A DNA stretch of 64,000 bases from positions 13,907 to 77,906 of the IMG/VR virus record IMGVR_UViG_3300009008_000026; one strand, given 5' to 3'. The notes beneath the pieces were generated by a model that had not been told where the DNA came from, ran no database searches, and saw only the letters and a program-made list of their open reading frames with translations. This document shows positions 39,056-47,255 of this stretch, piece by piece. The position numbers and the translations under genes were made by a program. This DNA comes from a virus. The first letter of the stretch is position 1, and every line of letters starts with the position of its first letter.

Positions 39056-39090
39056 GAATCCGCAGGGAGGCATGGGTTCACAGATGCCTC
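39056..39090 (+). other. H-type RNA pseudoknot
   Basis: GAAUCC/GGGUUC and GAGGCAU/AUGCCUC interleaved stems. Confidence 0.55.
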
Positions 39091-39122
39091 ACACATTTTT
39101 AAATAATTAAAAGGAAAAAGAA

Positions 39123-39383
39123 ATGGAAAAACTTAAATCACTTTGGTCGCGTTGGAAGGTACAGATTAGCTTTGTGGCAGGAGCCTTGGTCGTATCAACG
39201 ACGATGGGAACTTGTTCTTTCGAGCCAGCAGTATCCCCAGCAACGACTGGAACAACAACCACAGAAACCACCACTGGCACAACCACTGGCACGACTGACG
39301 GGGCGATTGTGGGTGCGGTTGACGCGATTAATGACATCGCCACCGGCACAACCGACAACACTACGGACAATAACGGTCAGTAG
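39123..39383 (+). CDS. Thr-rich membrane-anchored or lipoprotein-like protein
   Basis: Hydrophobic N-terminus followed by Cys; TTTG repeats. Confidence 0.65.
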   Translation: MEKLKSLWSRWKVQISFVAGALVVSTTMGTCSFEPAVSPATTGTTTTETTTGTTTGTTDGAIVGAVDAINDIATGTTDNTTDNNGQ

Positions 39384-39397
39384 AGAAGCGAAAGAAA

Positions 39398-39604
39398 AAA
39401 TGTAGAGTGGCTGAGTGTTGCAAGGTAGGAGTCGGGTTCAATGCCTATACTGAACTCTGAGCGGTTGAAGAATGATCTTTAACGCGAAACCTTTAACCCT
39501 TCAAGGTCAAGTGTATAGCACAAAACACACGGGAATTGAAATTAGGCTAGCGAGATGCAGACGCGGCGAAAACAGCGAGCACGACACTTGGCCACTTTAC
39601 ATTT
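39398..39604 (+). ncRNA. structured rod-like ncRNA (6S-RNA-like candidate)
   Basis: 23-bp closing helix 39398-39420/39582-39604 with 4 G-U pairs; nested inner helices. Confidence 0.6.
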
Positions 39605-39606
39605 GC

Positions 39607-39650
39607 TTTACAATTAACTTCTTGACATGTCATGCGCGGTGTGCTAAATT
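39607..39650 (+). promoter_or_regulatory. sigma70-type promoter, degenerate relative of the 56-bp repeat
   Basis: TTTACA 15 bp upstream of TTGACA, then 17 bp and TG-extended TAAATT. Confidence 0.5.
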
Positions 39651-39673
39651 GTAAAGAGATAAGAGAGAAAAAC

Positions 39674-39847
39674 ATGACATACACAGTAATCTTCGCAGAC
39701 CGCAAAAATAATCTAAAAACCGAAGTCTTCTTCGGAGCAGCATGCCACAAGAGGGCATACACAGAGGCCAAGCAAGAGTTTGGGACAGTGGTTGCCCTTA
39801 TCACGGGCAATCAGTTGGTCTACACCAGCGCGCCCAGTCGCGCGTAA
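39674..39847 (+). CDS. hypothetical protein
   Basis: ATG after GAGAG, downstream of the promoter. Confidence 0.55.
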   Translation: MTYTVIFADRKNNLKTEVFFGAACHKRAYTEAKQEFGTVVALITGNQLVYTSAPSRA

Positions 39848-39856
39848 TTAATAACG

Positions 39857-39931
39857 TGCCCTTAGCTCAGTTGGTAGAGCAATCGACTGTTAATCGATGG
39901 GTCGCAAGTTCAAGTCTTGCAGGGGCAGCCA
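39857..39931 (+). tRNA. tRNA-Asn (GTT)
   Basis: Cloverleaf: D-arm GCTC/GAGC, anticodon arm ATCGA-CTGTTAA-TCGAT, T-arm GCAAG-TTCAAGT-CTTGC, encoded CCA. Confidence 0.9.
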
Positions 39932-40087
39932 TTTTTGTAGGATATGCCGCCCTACAGATACAAACAGAATCATTCAGATTCAAAATAATTAATCATCATT
40001 GTCATTAGGCGCACAATGATTAGCGTTATAACAAGGAGTTTAAGATGCTACATAAAATGAGATGTACACGATTTTTTTCATTAAAAT

Positions 40088-40408
40088 ATGGTTAAAAAAA
40101 GTAAAACATGCAGAAATGCAAAACATGAATTTAAGAGTGAGTACGATAGCAGAGAAGAAGCACAACGATCAGCAGATTACGTCATGAAGAAGTTCGGTGG
40201 ATTCGCTGAACCAGTGAAATGCTGGAATTGCAGAAAATGGCACTTAGGAATTGATTCCTGCGAGTGTTCCTATTGCACACCCAGATACGGACTCGGAACA
40301 AAGACACTATTTACTTCGTATGCCGCGGCCAAGTTCATGGCTAGTAAATTTGACCAGTCAGTTTATGAATGCCCGCATGATTTTGGTTATCACTTAACAT
40401 CACATTAA
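40088..40408 (+). CDS. Cys/His-rich zinc-binding protein with duplicated motif
   Basis: Two K..Y/F...A...C.xC..W/YHL units. Confidence 0.65.
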   Translation: MVKKSKTCRNAKHEFKSEYDSREEAQRSADYVMKKFGGFAEPVKCWNCRKWHLGIDSCECSYCTPRYGLGTKTLFTSYAAAKFMASKFDQSVYECPHDFGYHLTSH

Positions 40409-40492
40409 CATATAGGGCATACCACTTGCATGGAGACAAGCACAGGACATAAATAGCAGTAGCTAGACGCTGAACACTAACCCCCTCAAACT

Positions 40493-40568
40493 GCGCCCGT
40501 AGCTCAGGGGTTAGAGCGTTGTTCTTATAAAGCAGATGTCATGGGTTCAAATCCCATCGGGCGCACCA
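40493..40568 (+). tRNA. tRNA-Ile (TAT)
   Basis: GCGCCCG/CGGGCGC acceptor stem, anticodon loop CTTATAA, T-arm ATGGG-TTCAAAT-CCCAT, ACCA end. Confidence 0.9.
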
Positions 40569-40595
40569 CTTCACCACCAACAAAGAGAGAGAAAC

Positions 40596-40823
40596 ATGTC
40601 GCACCATTATGCAGAATTTCGGGAATCAGTCTGGTCAGCCATGACGGGAAAAGAGGAGGATTATACTATTTTGGAGTTTAATCATAACACGAAGGAATAT
40701 AAAACGCTGACCACCATCTCGGCGGTTAGCCCTGATGTAGCTAAACTGAAATACATCAAAGAAAGCAAATGGAGTTCTTCACCAGAGACATGCTTGTTTG
40801 TTAAAACACCGATCTGTAGATAA
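40596..40823 (+). CDS. hypothetical protein
   Basis: ATG after GAGAG, downstream of the tRNA. Confidence 0.6.
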   Translation: MSHHYAEFRESVWSAMTGKEEDYTILEFNHNTKEYKTLTTISAVSPDVAKLKYIKESKWSSSPETCLFVKTPICR

Positions 40824-40835
40824 AAGGGAAAAAGA

Positions 40836-41024
40836 ATGGAAAAAGAAATAGGAACAGTTGTATGGAAATCATACCTTACTTATCTTTTGTTCGGCACTGT
40901 GCGCGAGGTTAAGATTGAAGACGGTTGGCGTTTGCTTCGGATCGAATGGGATCTGCCGCATGCTGCCTTTAAAGTTGATGAATGGCAACGTGCTGGAAAT
41001 GTAGGGGTACGGCAAAGAGCATGA
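40836..41024 (+). CDS. small beta-barrel (SH3-like) protein
   Basis: EIGTVVW...FGTVREV...LRIEW. Confidence 0.6.
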   Translation: MEKEIGTVVWKSYLTYLLFGTVREVKIEDGWRLLRIEWDLPHAAFKVDEWQRAGNVGVRQRA

Positions 41025-41245
41025 ATAAGATGAATGTAGGAGATGTGGTAAGGCTTAACGACAAGTTCGGACACATTAAAAATAAGAATAATTTGAACAA
41101 CGGGGACGTTGGATTTATTATAGCAAACGAAGTTAAGACAGAAGTAAATCCTTTCGGATCATGCATAAAAGTTCTCTTTACAGATGGAACACTTATAACT
41201 GCCCACTGGGATAACTTTGAACTTTATAAGAGATGTGCAACATGA
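41021..41245 (+). CDS. SH3/KOW-like minigene family member
   Basis: MNVGDVVRL...VGFII...KVLFTDG...FELY. Confidence 0.65.
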   Translation: MNKMNVGDVVRLNDKFGHIKNKNNLNNGDVGFIIANEVKTEVNPFGSCIKVLFTDGTLITAHWDNFELYKRCAT

Positions 41246-41427
41246 CAGACTATGAAGCGATTGGGATGGCAGAGGGATTTGTGGAGTGCCCAGATGAAAA
41301 AACTTACTTTGAGGCTTGGCAACACTTAATCAATACAGGACAATGCTGGACTCTTCAGGGATGGTTTGGACGCAGAGCGACAGAGTTAATCGAAGAGGGC
41401 GTTTGTCACCTTCCAACAGATAGTTAA
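41242..41427 (+). CDS. hypothetical phage protein
   Basis: AWQHLINTG..WTLQGWFGRRA..LIE.G motif. Confidence 0.7.
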   Translation: MTDYEAIGMAEGFVECPDEKTYFEAWQHLINTGQCWTLQGWFGRRATELIEEGVCHLPTDS

Positions 41428-41526
41428 CGAAGGTGGAAGGTAGGGATCTAAGTGCTACAATTGTATTTGGGTTGGCCGTGATCTTTGCCATAATGTTACT
41501 GTCATCATTTTTTTGGAGATAACACA

Positions 41527-41748
41527 ATGAGAGCGATTAAAGTTGGCGATCTGGTTACATGGCGACATCCACGCGAGAGAGGCAGGAGCGAGCCCAAAGG
41601 GTGTGGTCTTGTTATCATGGCTGAGATGATGGGGGCACCCGACTACAAAAGGCCATGGCTTGTGGTAAAATGGTCTAATGGAAAAACACAATCTATGCCA
41701 AAGTGGTTATTAGCTTCCAGAGTGGAGGTGATCAGTGAAAGTAGGTGA
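41527..41748 (+). CDS. SH3/KOW-like minigene family member
   Basis: IKVGDLVTW...GLVI...VKWSNG...VEVISESR. Confidence 0.75.
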   Translation: MRAIKVGDLVTWRHPRERGRSEPKGCGLVIMAEMMGAPDYKRPWLVVKWSNGKTQSMPKWLLASRVEVISESR

Positions 41749-42031
41749 TTTAGTAACACTCTCCTCAAGGGCACAAAGCCTATACTCCATGGCTCCTTGG
41801 TCGCCGTACAAAAGGCAAAAACAAGGCAAACATCCTGCGGTTATTGGGCTTGTTGTTGAAGTAAAAGAGAGTGATAATTTCTGGGATAAAGGCAGAGAAC
41901 TTTTTTATGTAAAGTGGGTCAATCACGATGGCCCTCCAAGCCGAGAAGGAAGAGCGGGAAAAAACAGGAAACCAAAAGATAAATGTTTTTGGCGCACTGA
42001 TTTAAAGTTTGTGTACAAAAAAACCTCATGA
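41735..42031 (+). CDS. SH3/KOW-like minigene family member
   Basis: MKVGDLVTLSS...IGLVVEV...YVKW...DLKFV; closest to 47627. Confidence 0.75.
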   Translation: MKVGDLVTLSSRAQSLYSMAPWSPYKRQKQGKHPAVIGLVVEVKESDNFWDKGRELFYVKWVNHDGPPSREGRAGKNRKPKDKCFWRTDLKFVYKKTS

Positions 42032-42330
42032 GCAGCTTTTATTTATTTATTTTAGTTGCGCTCGCGCTGCTTTTATGTTATTCTAATTATAGACGCTCAC
42101 AACAAATAAAAAAAAGGAAAGAAATAATGAAAATCGGACAAGTAAAAACATGGCTAGACCAAGGGCCAGTAATCTTGTTAGGACAATGCAAGATTCCAGA
42201 TCCTGTATGGATTGGAGATAAGGAGGTTTATATGAACGACCCACATGCATGGCCATCTGAAATCGGCTGGACTGTGAAGCTCCTTGAAACTAATGAGATT
42301 CTAGACGTTCACGAAGAAACACTTTCTTGA
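42028..42330 (+). CDS. hypothetical protein (may start at ATG 42127)
   Basis: Stop TGA lies inside the TTGACA of repeat copy 1. Confidence 0.55.
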   Translation: MSSFYLFILVALALLLCYSNYRRSQQIKKRKEIMKIGQVKTWLDQGPVILLGQCKIPDPVWIGDKEVYMNDPHAWPSEIGWTVKLLETNEILDVHEETLS

Positions 42331-42371
42331 CAACTTTCTTGTAGACACTCCTGTAAACCCTGTGGTATAAT
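42327..42371 (+). promoter_or_regulatory. 56-bp promoter repeat, copy 1 (partial)
   Basis: TTGACA-9 bp-TAGACA-18 bp-TATAAT with TGTGG extension. Confidence 0.75.
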
Positions 42372-42398
42372 ACAAACACTAATCAGAGAAGGCTAAAA

Positions 42399-42665
42399 AT
42401 GAATTGGAAATACGGATTAATTCTAGTGGAGGTAAGCGAGGACGGCGAGCAGTTGTGTGAACTGGTGGAGTTGTACAAGCTCGACGACAGTGATACATAC
42501 GGGGCTTTTTGCCCCGCACGGATCATGTCGCCAGAAGAATTGAGCCGCGCCAACAAAGATGTCGAGCGCGATGGTGTTAACAAATACTTTTATGATCACG
42601 GCACCTTCACCCGCCAGCCGCGCGAACTTCCGCAATACGAGTGGGATTGGCGACCCAAGGGATAA
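42399..42665 (+). CDS. hypothetical protein
   Basis: First ORF after repeat copy 1. Confidence 0.65.
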   Translation: MNWKYGLILVEVSEDGEQLCELVELYKLDDSDTYGAFCPARIMSPEELSRANKDVERDGVNKYFYDHGTFTRQPRELPQYEWDWRPKG

Positions 42666-42841
42666 ATAATGTTAAGAGAGTTCGAGCAAACAAAGAAAGC
42701 TATCGAAGATTCAGGGTGGAGCCGCCTGTTCGTTAGCTACTGAGAATAAATGCGATAACGAATGTGGTCTATAACCCGTAGCTGATCACTACACTGGGAT
42801 AGTCCACTTCCAAGCTCCGATTTATTCGTACCTCGTTCTCT

Positions 42842-42897
42842 CTGACATTCTCTTGACAATTTAGTTATAGACAACCCCACTGCACATGTGGTATAAT
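42842..42897 (+). promoter_or_regulatory. 56-bp promoter repeat, copy 2
   Basis: CTGACA/TTGACA/TAGACA...TGTGGTATAAT. Confidence 0.8.
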
Positions 42898-42926
42898 GTG
42901 TGAACATTCAAACAAAGGAACAAAGA

Positions 42927-43172
42927 ATGATTAAAGAGTGTAAACACTGTGGCGATGTATTTCGCTTAGATGCGATTGCTAAGAAGAGTGCCGGCGGCAA
43001 GATTAACGAGTGTGCTGATTGCGTGGTCGAACTAAAGACCGAGACAGCAGTCAAGTACACAGGATTAGAACTAGAGGATACTGGTTCTTTTATGATTAAT
43101 AGGCATGCAACGGTTGAAGATCGAGAAAAGTATATGCATGAGCTTAAAAATGGTGTAGACCTTTCAAAATGA
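42927..43172 (+). CDS. zinc-ribbon protein
   Basis: CKHC...CADC. Confidence 0.65.
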   Translation: MIKECKHCGDVFRLDAIAKKSAGGKINECADCVVELKTETAVKYTGLELEDTGSFMINRHATVEDREKYMHELKNGVDLSK

Positions 43173-43411
43173 TTACTGTGTTTATTATATTGGTTTCGTT
43201 CTCTTTCGGGTTTGCAGCAGGATCATGGTTTAAAGCTACGATTTATGACAATCAGCCGTGGGAAGTCTTTCGTTGGGACTCTGGGGCACTGGGCTATCGC
43301 CGTGTCCCTATGGGCGCAATGTTAGGGCGCAATGACAACGTGCTGATGGGCTTGCGCCTGAACTCCGAACAGTTTCCAGCGGAAGGTATTCGAGTTGAAG
43401 GAGGGAAATAA
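43169..43411 (+). CDS. small membrane-anchored protein
   Basis: Hydrophobic N-terminus. Confidence 0.6.
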   Translation: MITVFIILVSFSFGFAAGSWFKATIYDNQPWEVFRWDSGALGYRRVPMGAMLGRNDNVLMGLRLNSEQFPAEGIRVEGGK

Positions 43412-43491
43412 ACATGACGAAAATCGAGCTTATAGTTCTATTATCGGCTGGCGTGCTAATTGGTGCACCGCTGTCGGTAATTTTTAAACCC

Positions 43492-43547
43492 TTGACATTC
43501 ACTTAACAACTTTCCTATAGACAACCCCGATTAATCTGTGGTATAAT
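43492..43547 (+). promoter_or_regulatory. 56-bp promoter repeat, copy 3
   Basis: TTGACA/TTAACA/TAGACA...TGTGGTATAAT. Confidence 0.8.
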
Positions 43548-43579
43548 GTAGGCACAAATTAAAGAAGGAGTGAGAAGAA

Positions 43580-44197
43580 ATGCCAAACTGGTGCGACAAC
43601 ACATTAAACATTACAGGAACCTCGGAGAGTATCAAACAGATCGTCCAAGCCCTGCGCGCAAATAACTTCAACTGGAATGAAACATTTGTTCCATACGTAG
43701 ATAGGAGTAGCTGGGGAACCAAATGGGAAGTGGATAACGGAACTCTTGAAGCCCTGATAGAACAGGACTATACCGAGGGAGATGACTTTTTAAATGTTTG
43801 GTTTGATACTGCTTGGGGCCCGAATCTCCCTGTGAGCGAAGCCATAGCTAGTAAGCATGGTGTGGAGATCACACATAAATACGAAGAGGGCGGAAACGCA
43901 TTAATGGGGATAGCCCACATCGACAGTTCTGGCGATTGTTATGATGAAGAGTTTGATACTTCTGACATCAAGCAAGTTGTAGAATTTCACGAGGGTATGA
44001 TCCCAAGCCAGTATTTGGCCCTCACGAAGCCCGACGGAGCGAAAATTGCAGTAGGTGATCTCCTTTACCGCGATGATACTCCTTTTGGAGTCTTGTTAAG
44101 TGAGAGATCGCTTCTGCCTGTTGGCGCGCAAGTGCCCATCACGGTGGGAGAAATTGATGGAGTTATTTATTTTGATGAATACGGGTGTGATTTATAA
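43580..44197 (+). CDS. DUF1281/YubB ferredoxin-like domain protein
   Basis: MPNWCDNTLNITG, WGTKWE, FDTAWGP, YEEGG. Confidence 0.75.
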   Translation: MPNWCDNTLNITGTSESIKQIVQALRANNFNWNETFVPYVDRSSWGTKWEVDNGTLEALIEQDYTEGDDFLNVWFDTAWGPNLPVSEAIASKHGVEITHKYEEGGNALMGIAHIDSSGDCYDEEFDTSDIKQVVEFHEGMIPSQYLALTKPDGAKIAVGDLLYRDDTPFGVLLSERSLLPVGAQVPITVGEIDGVIYFDEYGCDL

Positions 44198-44355
44198 TGA
44201 AAGTCGGTGACTTAGTTAAATGTGTTTCTGCTGACGGTGTTATTGGCTTGGTGGTTCGTATTAAACCCAACGCACATGGTACACCCATTTATGAGGTCTT
44301 AATCGGCTCAAACTGTTACCCCTTCCGCTCTAATATGCTGTGGAAGGTGGTGTAA
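44197..44355 (+). CDS. SH3/KOW-like minigene family member (52 aa, not in ORF track)
   Basis: MKVGDLVKCVSADGVIGLVVRIKPNAHGTPIYEVLIGSNCYPFRSNMLWKVV. Confidence 0.75.
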   Translation: MKVGDLVKCVSADGVIGLVVRIKPNAHGTPIYEVLIGSNCYPFRSNMLWKVV

Positions 44356-44364
44356 AGTGAACAG

Positions 44365-44607
44365 TTGAGTGAAGAGTTACTATCACAAATTAGATGGTTG
44401 GAGGATAAAATAAAGTCGCTCCAAGATCACATCTGCGAGATAGAATTTGAAAATCATCAACTTAAATTATCAATCGGCGGCGCTATCAAAACTCTCGAAA
44501 AACAGAACGAAGAGACAAAGAAAATAATTTGGGGCGCAACAGGGGGAACGATTACAGACTCCAAGAACTTCACCCCCTTGTCCGAGAAGAACAAGACAGG
44601 CGACTAA
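44365..44607 (+). CDS. coiled-coil hypothetical protein
   Basis: Heptad pattern. Confidence 0.55.
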   Translation: MSEELLSQIRWLEDKIKSLQDHICEIEFENHQLKLSIGGAIKTLEKQNEETKKIIWGATGGTITDSKNFTPLSEKNKTGD

Positions 44608-44614
44608 TTTTCTC

Positions 44615-44670
44615 TTGACATTCACTTGACAACTTTCCTATAGACAGCCCCCATAATTCTATGGTATAAT
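44615..44670 (+). promoter_or_regulatory. 56-bp promoter repeat, copy 4
   Basis: TTGACA/TTGACA/TAGACA...TATGGTATAAT. Confidence 0.8.
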
Positions 44671-44701
44671 GTAGGCACATTCAAACAAGGGAGAGTAATT
44701 T

Positions 44702-45073
44702 ATGGGATACCGTTCAGAAGTAGTTTTAGTCGTTGGCAAGGAGATCATACCACAGTTTATGGTCACTATGGCAAAGTCGCTAGCGGCGCGCGCCATGTGT
44801 TTTGACGACGCCGATCGCGTAAAAGATTACGAGGAAGAGGGCACTATTCTCTTCCGTTGGGATAGCATTAAATGGTACGACTCCTTCGAGGAGGTGCAAG
44901 CCATCGAGGACTTTCTGGATTGGTGCGAGTGCGAAGAACTTGAGCTTGATGATGGAGTCCATTCGGCTATGGATTTCGTCCGCTTTGTTCGCATCGGCGA
45001 AGATACGGACGATGTAGTTGAGCGCGGAATGGGATTCTGGAGCGTTGGCGTACGAAGGGCGATCTCATGGTAA
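44702..45073 (+). CDS. hypothetical phage protein
   Basis: MGYRSEV...KWY...FVRIGED.DD.E.G motif. Confidence 0.7.
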   Translation: MGYRSEVVLVVGKEIIPQFMVTMAKSLAARAMCFDDADRVKDYEEEGTILFRWDSIKWYDSFEEVQAIEDFLDWCECEELELDDGVHSAMDFVRFVRIGEDTDDVVERGMGFWSVGVRRAISW

Positions 45074-45243
45074 TGAAAGTCGGTGATCTGGTAAACAACC
45101 TTAACTCGGAGTGTGGACTGTTGGGGATTATTGTGGGCTGGCATGTCTCCACCCATGGGCGCTTTCCTCTTGTACACTGGAATGACGGGCGCACAAGTTG
45201 GATTGTGGCGCATCGTGTGGAGGTGATAAGTGCGAGTAGGTGA
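45073..45243 (+). CDS. SH3/KOW-like minigene family member (56 aa, not in ORF track)
   Basis: MKVGDLVNNL...LGIIVG...LVHWNDG...VEVISASR. Confidence 0.75.
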   Translation: MKVGDLVNNLNSECGLLGIIVGWHVSTHGRFPLVHWNDGRTSWIVAHRVEVISASR

Positions 45244-45421
45244 TTTAGTAAAAGTCAAGGTGAAATACAACCGCGCCAAGATTGGCTTGGTAGTGGAAGT
45301 AGCGACTTACAACGGCAGCGGTGCCGTCTATGGATACATGGTCAAGCCTGTTGACGGAAGTCGCCCCATTATCATTATCGCGGAACCTCAAGACATGGAG
45401 ATAGTAAGTGCAAGTCGGTGA
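45230..45421 (+). CDS. SH3/KOW-like minigene family member
   Basis: MRVGDLVKV...IGLVVEV...MEIVSASR. Confidence 0.75.
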   Translation: MRVGDLVKVKVKYNRAKIGLVVEVATYNGSGAVYGYMVKPVDGSRPIIIIAEPQDMEIVSASR

Positions 45422-45596
45422 TTTGGTTCAAAGAGGAGATGTTGTCGGACTGGTTGCGGAAGTCATGATTGCCAATGAAATCCAATGGATTAAGATTATC
45501 GCCAACAATGGAAAATACGTTGGCGGCAATAATAGGTATTTTTCTCAAATAGGCTGGAAGGTAATAAACCCAGCCACAACAAAGGTAGAACAATGA
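45408..45596 (+). CDS. SH3/KOW-like minigene family member
   Basis: MQVGDLVQR...VGLVAEV...WKVIN. Confidence 0.75.
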   Translation: MQVGDLVQRGDVVGLVAEVMIANEIQWIKIIANNGKYVGGNNRYFSQIGWKVINPATTKVEQ

Positions 45597-45928
45597 GAGT
45601 TTGGGTTATGAGCGGGATTCACGAGGGTGACATGTGGGCATCCACCCACTTAACAGAGAAAGGCGCTGTACTGGCGGCCATTGCCGATGTGCTGGAGTAT
45701 TTGAACGTGAGCGATGCGGAGGGTGCCCTAGACGCTAGGAACCACTACGGGCGCTATAGCAACGAGGCAAATGGTGATCACACGGAGGCTATGCCATGGG
45801 ATCCCAGCGAGCTAAGGAAGCTGAAATCGCCTGCTTTGTGGAGAATCTTTGCACAATGGTCAGAGCTTACGTGGGATAACTGCGTGGGCTATAGCGTTGA
45901 GGTCATGAAAACGACGATTGAAGCGTGA
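45593..45928 (+). CDS. hypothetical protein
   Basis: Coupled ORF. Confidence 0.65.
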   Translation: MRVWVMSGIHEGDMWASTHLTEKGAVLAAIADVLEYLNVSDAEGALDARNHYGRYSNEANGDHTEAMPWDPSELRKLKSPALWRIFAQWSELTWDNCVGYSVEVMKTTIEA

Positions 45929-45938
45929 TAATCGTCCC

Positions 45939-45994
45939 TTGACACTCTCTTTACAACTTAACTATAGACAACCCCGATTAATCTGTGGTATAAT
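45939..45994 (+). promoter_or_regulatory. 56-bp promoter repeat, copy 5
   Basis: TTGACA/TTTACA/TAGACA...TGTGGTATAAT. Confidence 0.8.
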
Positions 45995-46023
45995 GCTAGC
46001 ACATTCGGAACAGGAGTAATAGA

Positions 46024-46527
46024 ATGAAAGTACGGAACGCCCTCAAGAAAGTCAAGTCCCATTTCAAAAAACAAGGTATTGACATCGTTATCAATCATCC
46101 AGAACAACACGGTTCTTACAAGTGGTCATTCGAGCATGATGGCTACGTCGGCTCGTTCTCTGTGAACGGCATGCATGGCTGGGATCCTGACGCCCTCGAT
46201 GGCGAAGCTACCCTGTTTCACGTTCGCCGCGAGAACGACCACAGCGACCTGTACACAGACTACCACGCCGGCTCATTCCGCGATAACATCACACAGGTAT
46301 GTGAGAGCCTTCTGTCATCGCCTCCAAAGTATCCCGTTGGATCGCTGGTGCGAGGCAGACAGAACAAGCGCGCAAAGCGTTTCAACTTCAACGGTAAGGT
46401 GGGGCTCGTAACCTCTGCGGCTGATGGCTATTGCGAAATTCAATGGGTCGGCGACACACCTAAAGTCAACGCCTACTATTATGCCGTGCAACGGTACTCT
46501 TTCCGTGACCTTGAGGTGGCATCATGA
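46024..46527 (+). CDS. two-domain protein with C-terminal SH3/KOW-like module
   Basis: YPVGSLVRG...VGLVT...EIQW...DLEVAS. Confidence 0.7.
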   Translation: MKVRNALKKVKSHFKKQGIDIVINHPEQHGSYKWSFEHDGYVGSFSVNGMHGWDPDALDGEATLFHVRRENDHSDLYTDYHAGSFRDNITQVCESLLSSPPKYPVGSLVRGRQNKRAKRFNFNGKVGLVTSAADGYCEIQWVGDTPKVNAYYYAVQRYSFRDLEVAS

Positions 46528-46736
46528 AAGTAGGTGATTTGGTACAGTTTACCTCCAGCGTTGGCGATTCTGACCAAAAGAAAGTTGGTCTTGTCTTTAT
46601 GATTGATGAAACCATCGATCACGCAGACCCAGATGTTAAGTGGTGCGGCGTACGCTGGAATGATAGTCGATTATCGCCATTAGGATACACTGTAACAGCT
46701 AGCCGTTATTTGGAGGTGATTAGTGAAAGTCGGTGA
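46524..46736 (+). CDS. SH3/KOW-like minigene family member
   Basis: MKVGDLVQF...VGLVF...VRWND...LEVISESR. Confidence 0.75.
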   Translation: MKVGDLVQFTSSVGDSDQKKVGLVFMIDETIDHADPDVKWCGVRWNDSRLSPLGYTVTASRYLEVISESR

Positions 46737-46932
46737 TTTGGTTAAATGGCGCGGTTCTGTCGCAGTCGTTGTTAGGGAGAACCGCCACTATGTCAGGGAT
46801 GGCTTCGTCGTCGATGAAGACAGCCTCACCGACGGCGCGCCGCTATTGCTGCGACATTTTAGCTGGGACATCCTTAGCGGGGATCGTGTGGTTCGTATCC
46901 TGCGTAAACTCCCAGTGGCTAATCCCTCTTGA
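46723..46932 (+). CDS. SH3/KOW-like minigene family member
   Basis: MKVGDLVKW; stop lies within repeat copy 6. Confidence 0.7.
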   Translation: MKVGDLVKWRGSVAVVVRENRHYVRDGFVVDEDSLTDGAPLLLRHFSWDILSGDRVVRILRKLPVANPS

Positions 46933-46984
46933 CACTCACTTGACAACTTAACTATAGACAACCCGAATCAAACTGTGGTATAAT
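46929..46984 (+). promoter_or_regulatory. 56-bp promoter repeat, copy 6
   Basis: TTGACA/TTGACA/TAGACA...TGTGGTATAAT. Confidence 0.8.
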
Positions 46985-47015
46985 GTGCTCACTAGTTAGA
47001 GAAGGAGACAACAGC

Positions 47016-47246
47016 ATGACATTGACACCCTCGCGCAAAGCATCGAGTCGCACGAAGAACCGCATACGGGAACATGGGCCACACTTTGAAGTGGTTCGTG
47101 TTGACAACGCCATGTGTCTTCACGGGCGACAGGCGGCGTTTGTAGAGGCTCCCGATGGCTGGAGGGGCTGGTTGCCTCTTGATGAGCTACAAGAGACTGT
47201 AAGGGTAACAGAGCGCACCCTGACTAACGATCCGATTGATTGGTAA
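47016..47246 (+). CDS. hypothetical protein
   Basis: AAGGAG RBS; SRTKNRIREHG...WRGWLP. Confidence 0.65.
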   Translation: MTLTPSRKASSRTKNRIREHGPHFEVVRVDNAMCLHGRQAAFVEAPDGWRGWLPLDELQETVRVTERTLTNDPIDW

Positions 47247-47255
47247 GGAGAGAAA

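Noticed and set aside
39431-39450. T-loop-like GGGTTCAATGCC as a third tRNA
   Set aside because: No acceptor stem or D/anticodon arms fit; it is better explained as part of the rod-like RNA.
40536-40595. Track start of ORF 40536..40823
   Set aside because: It lies inside tRNA-Ile; the start was reassigned to 40596.
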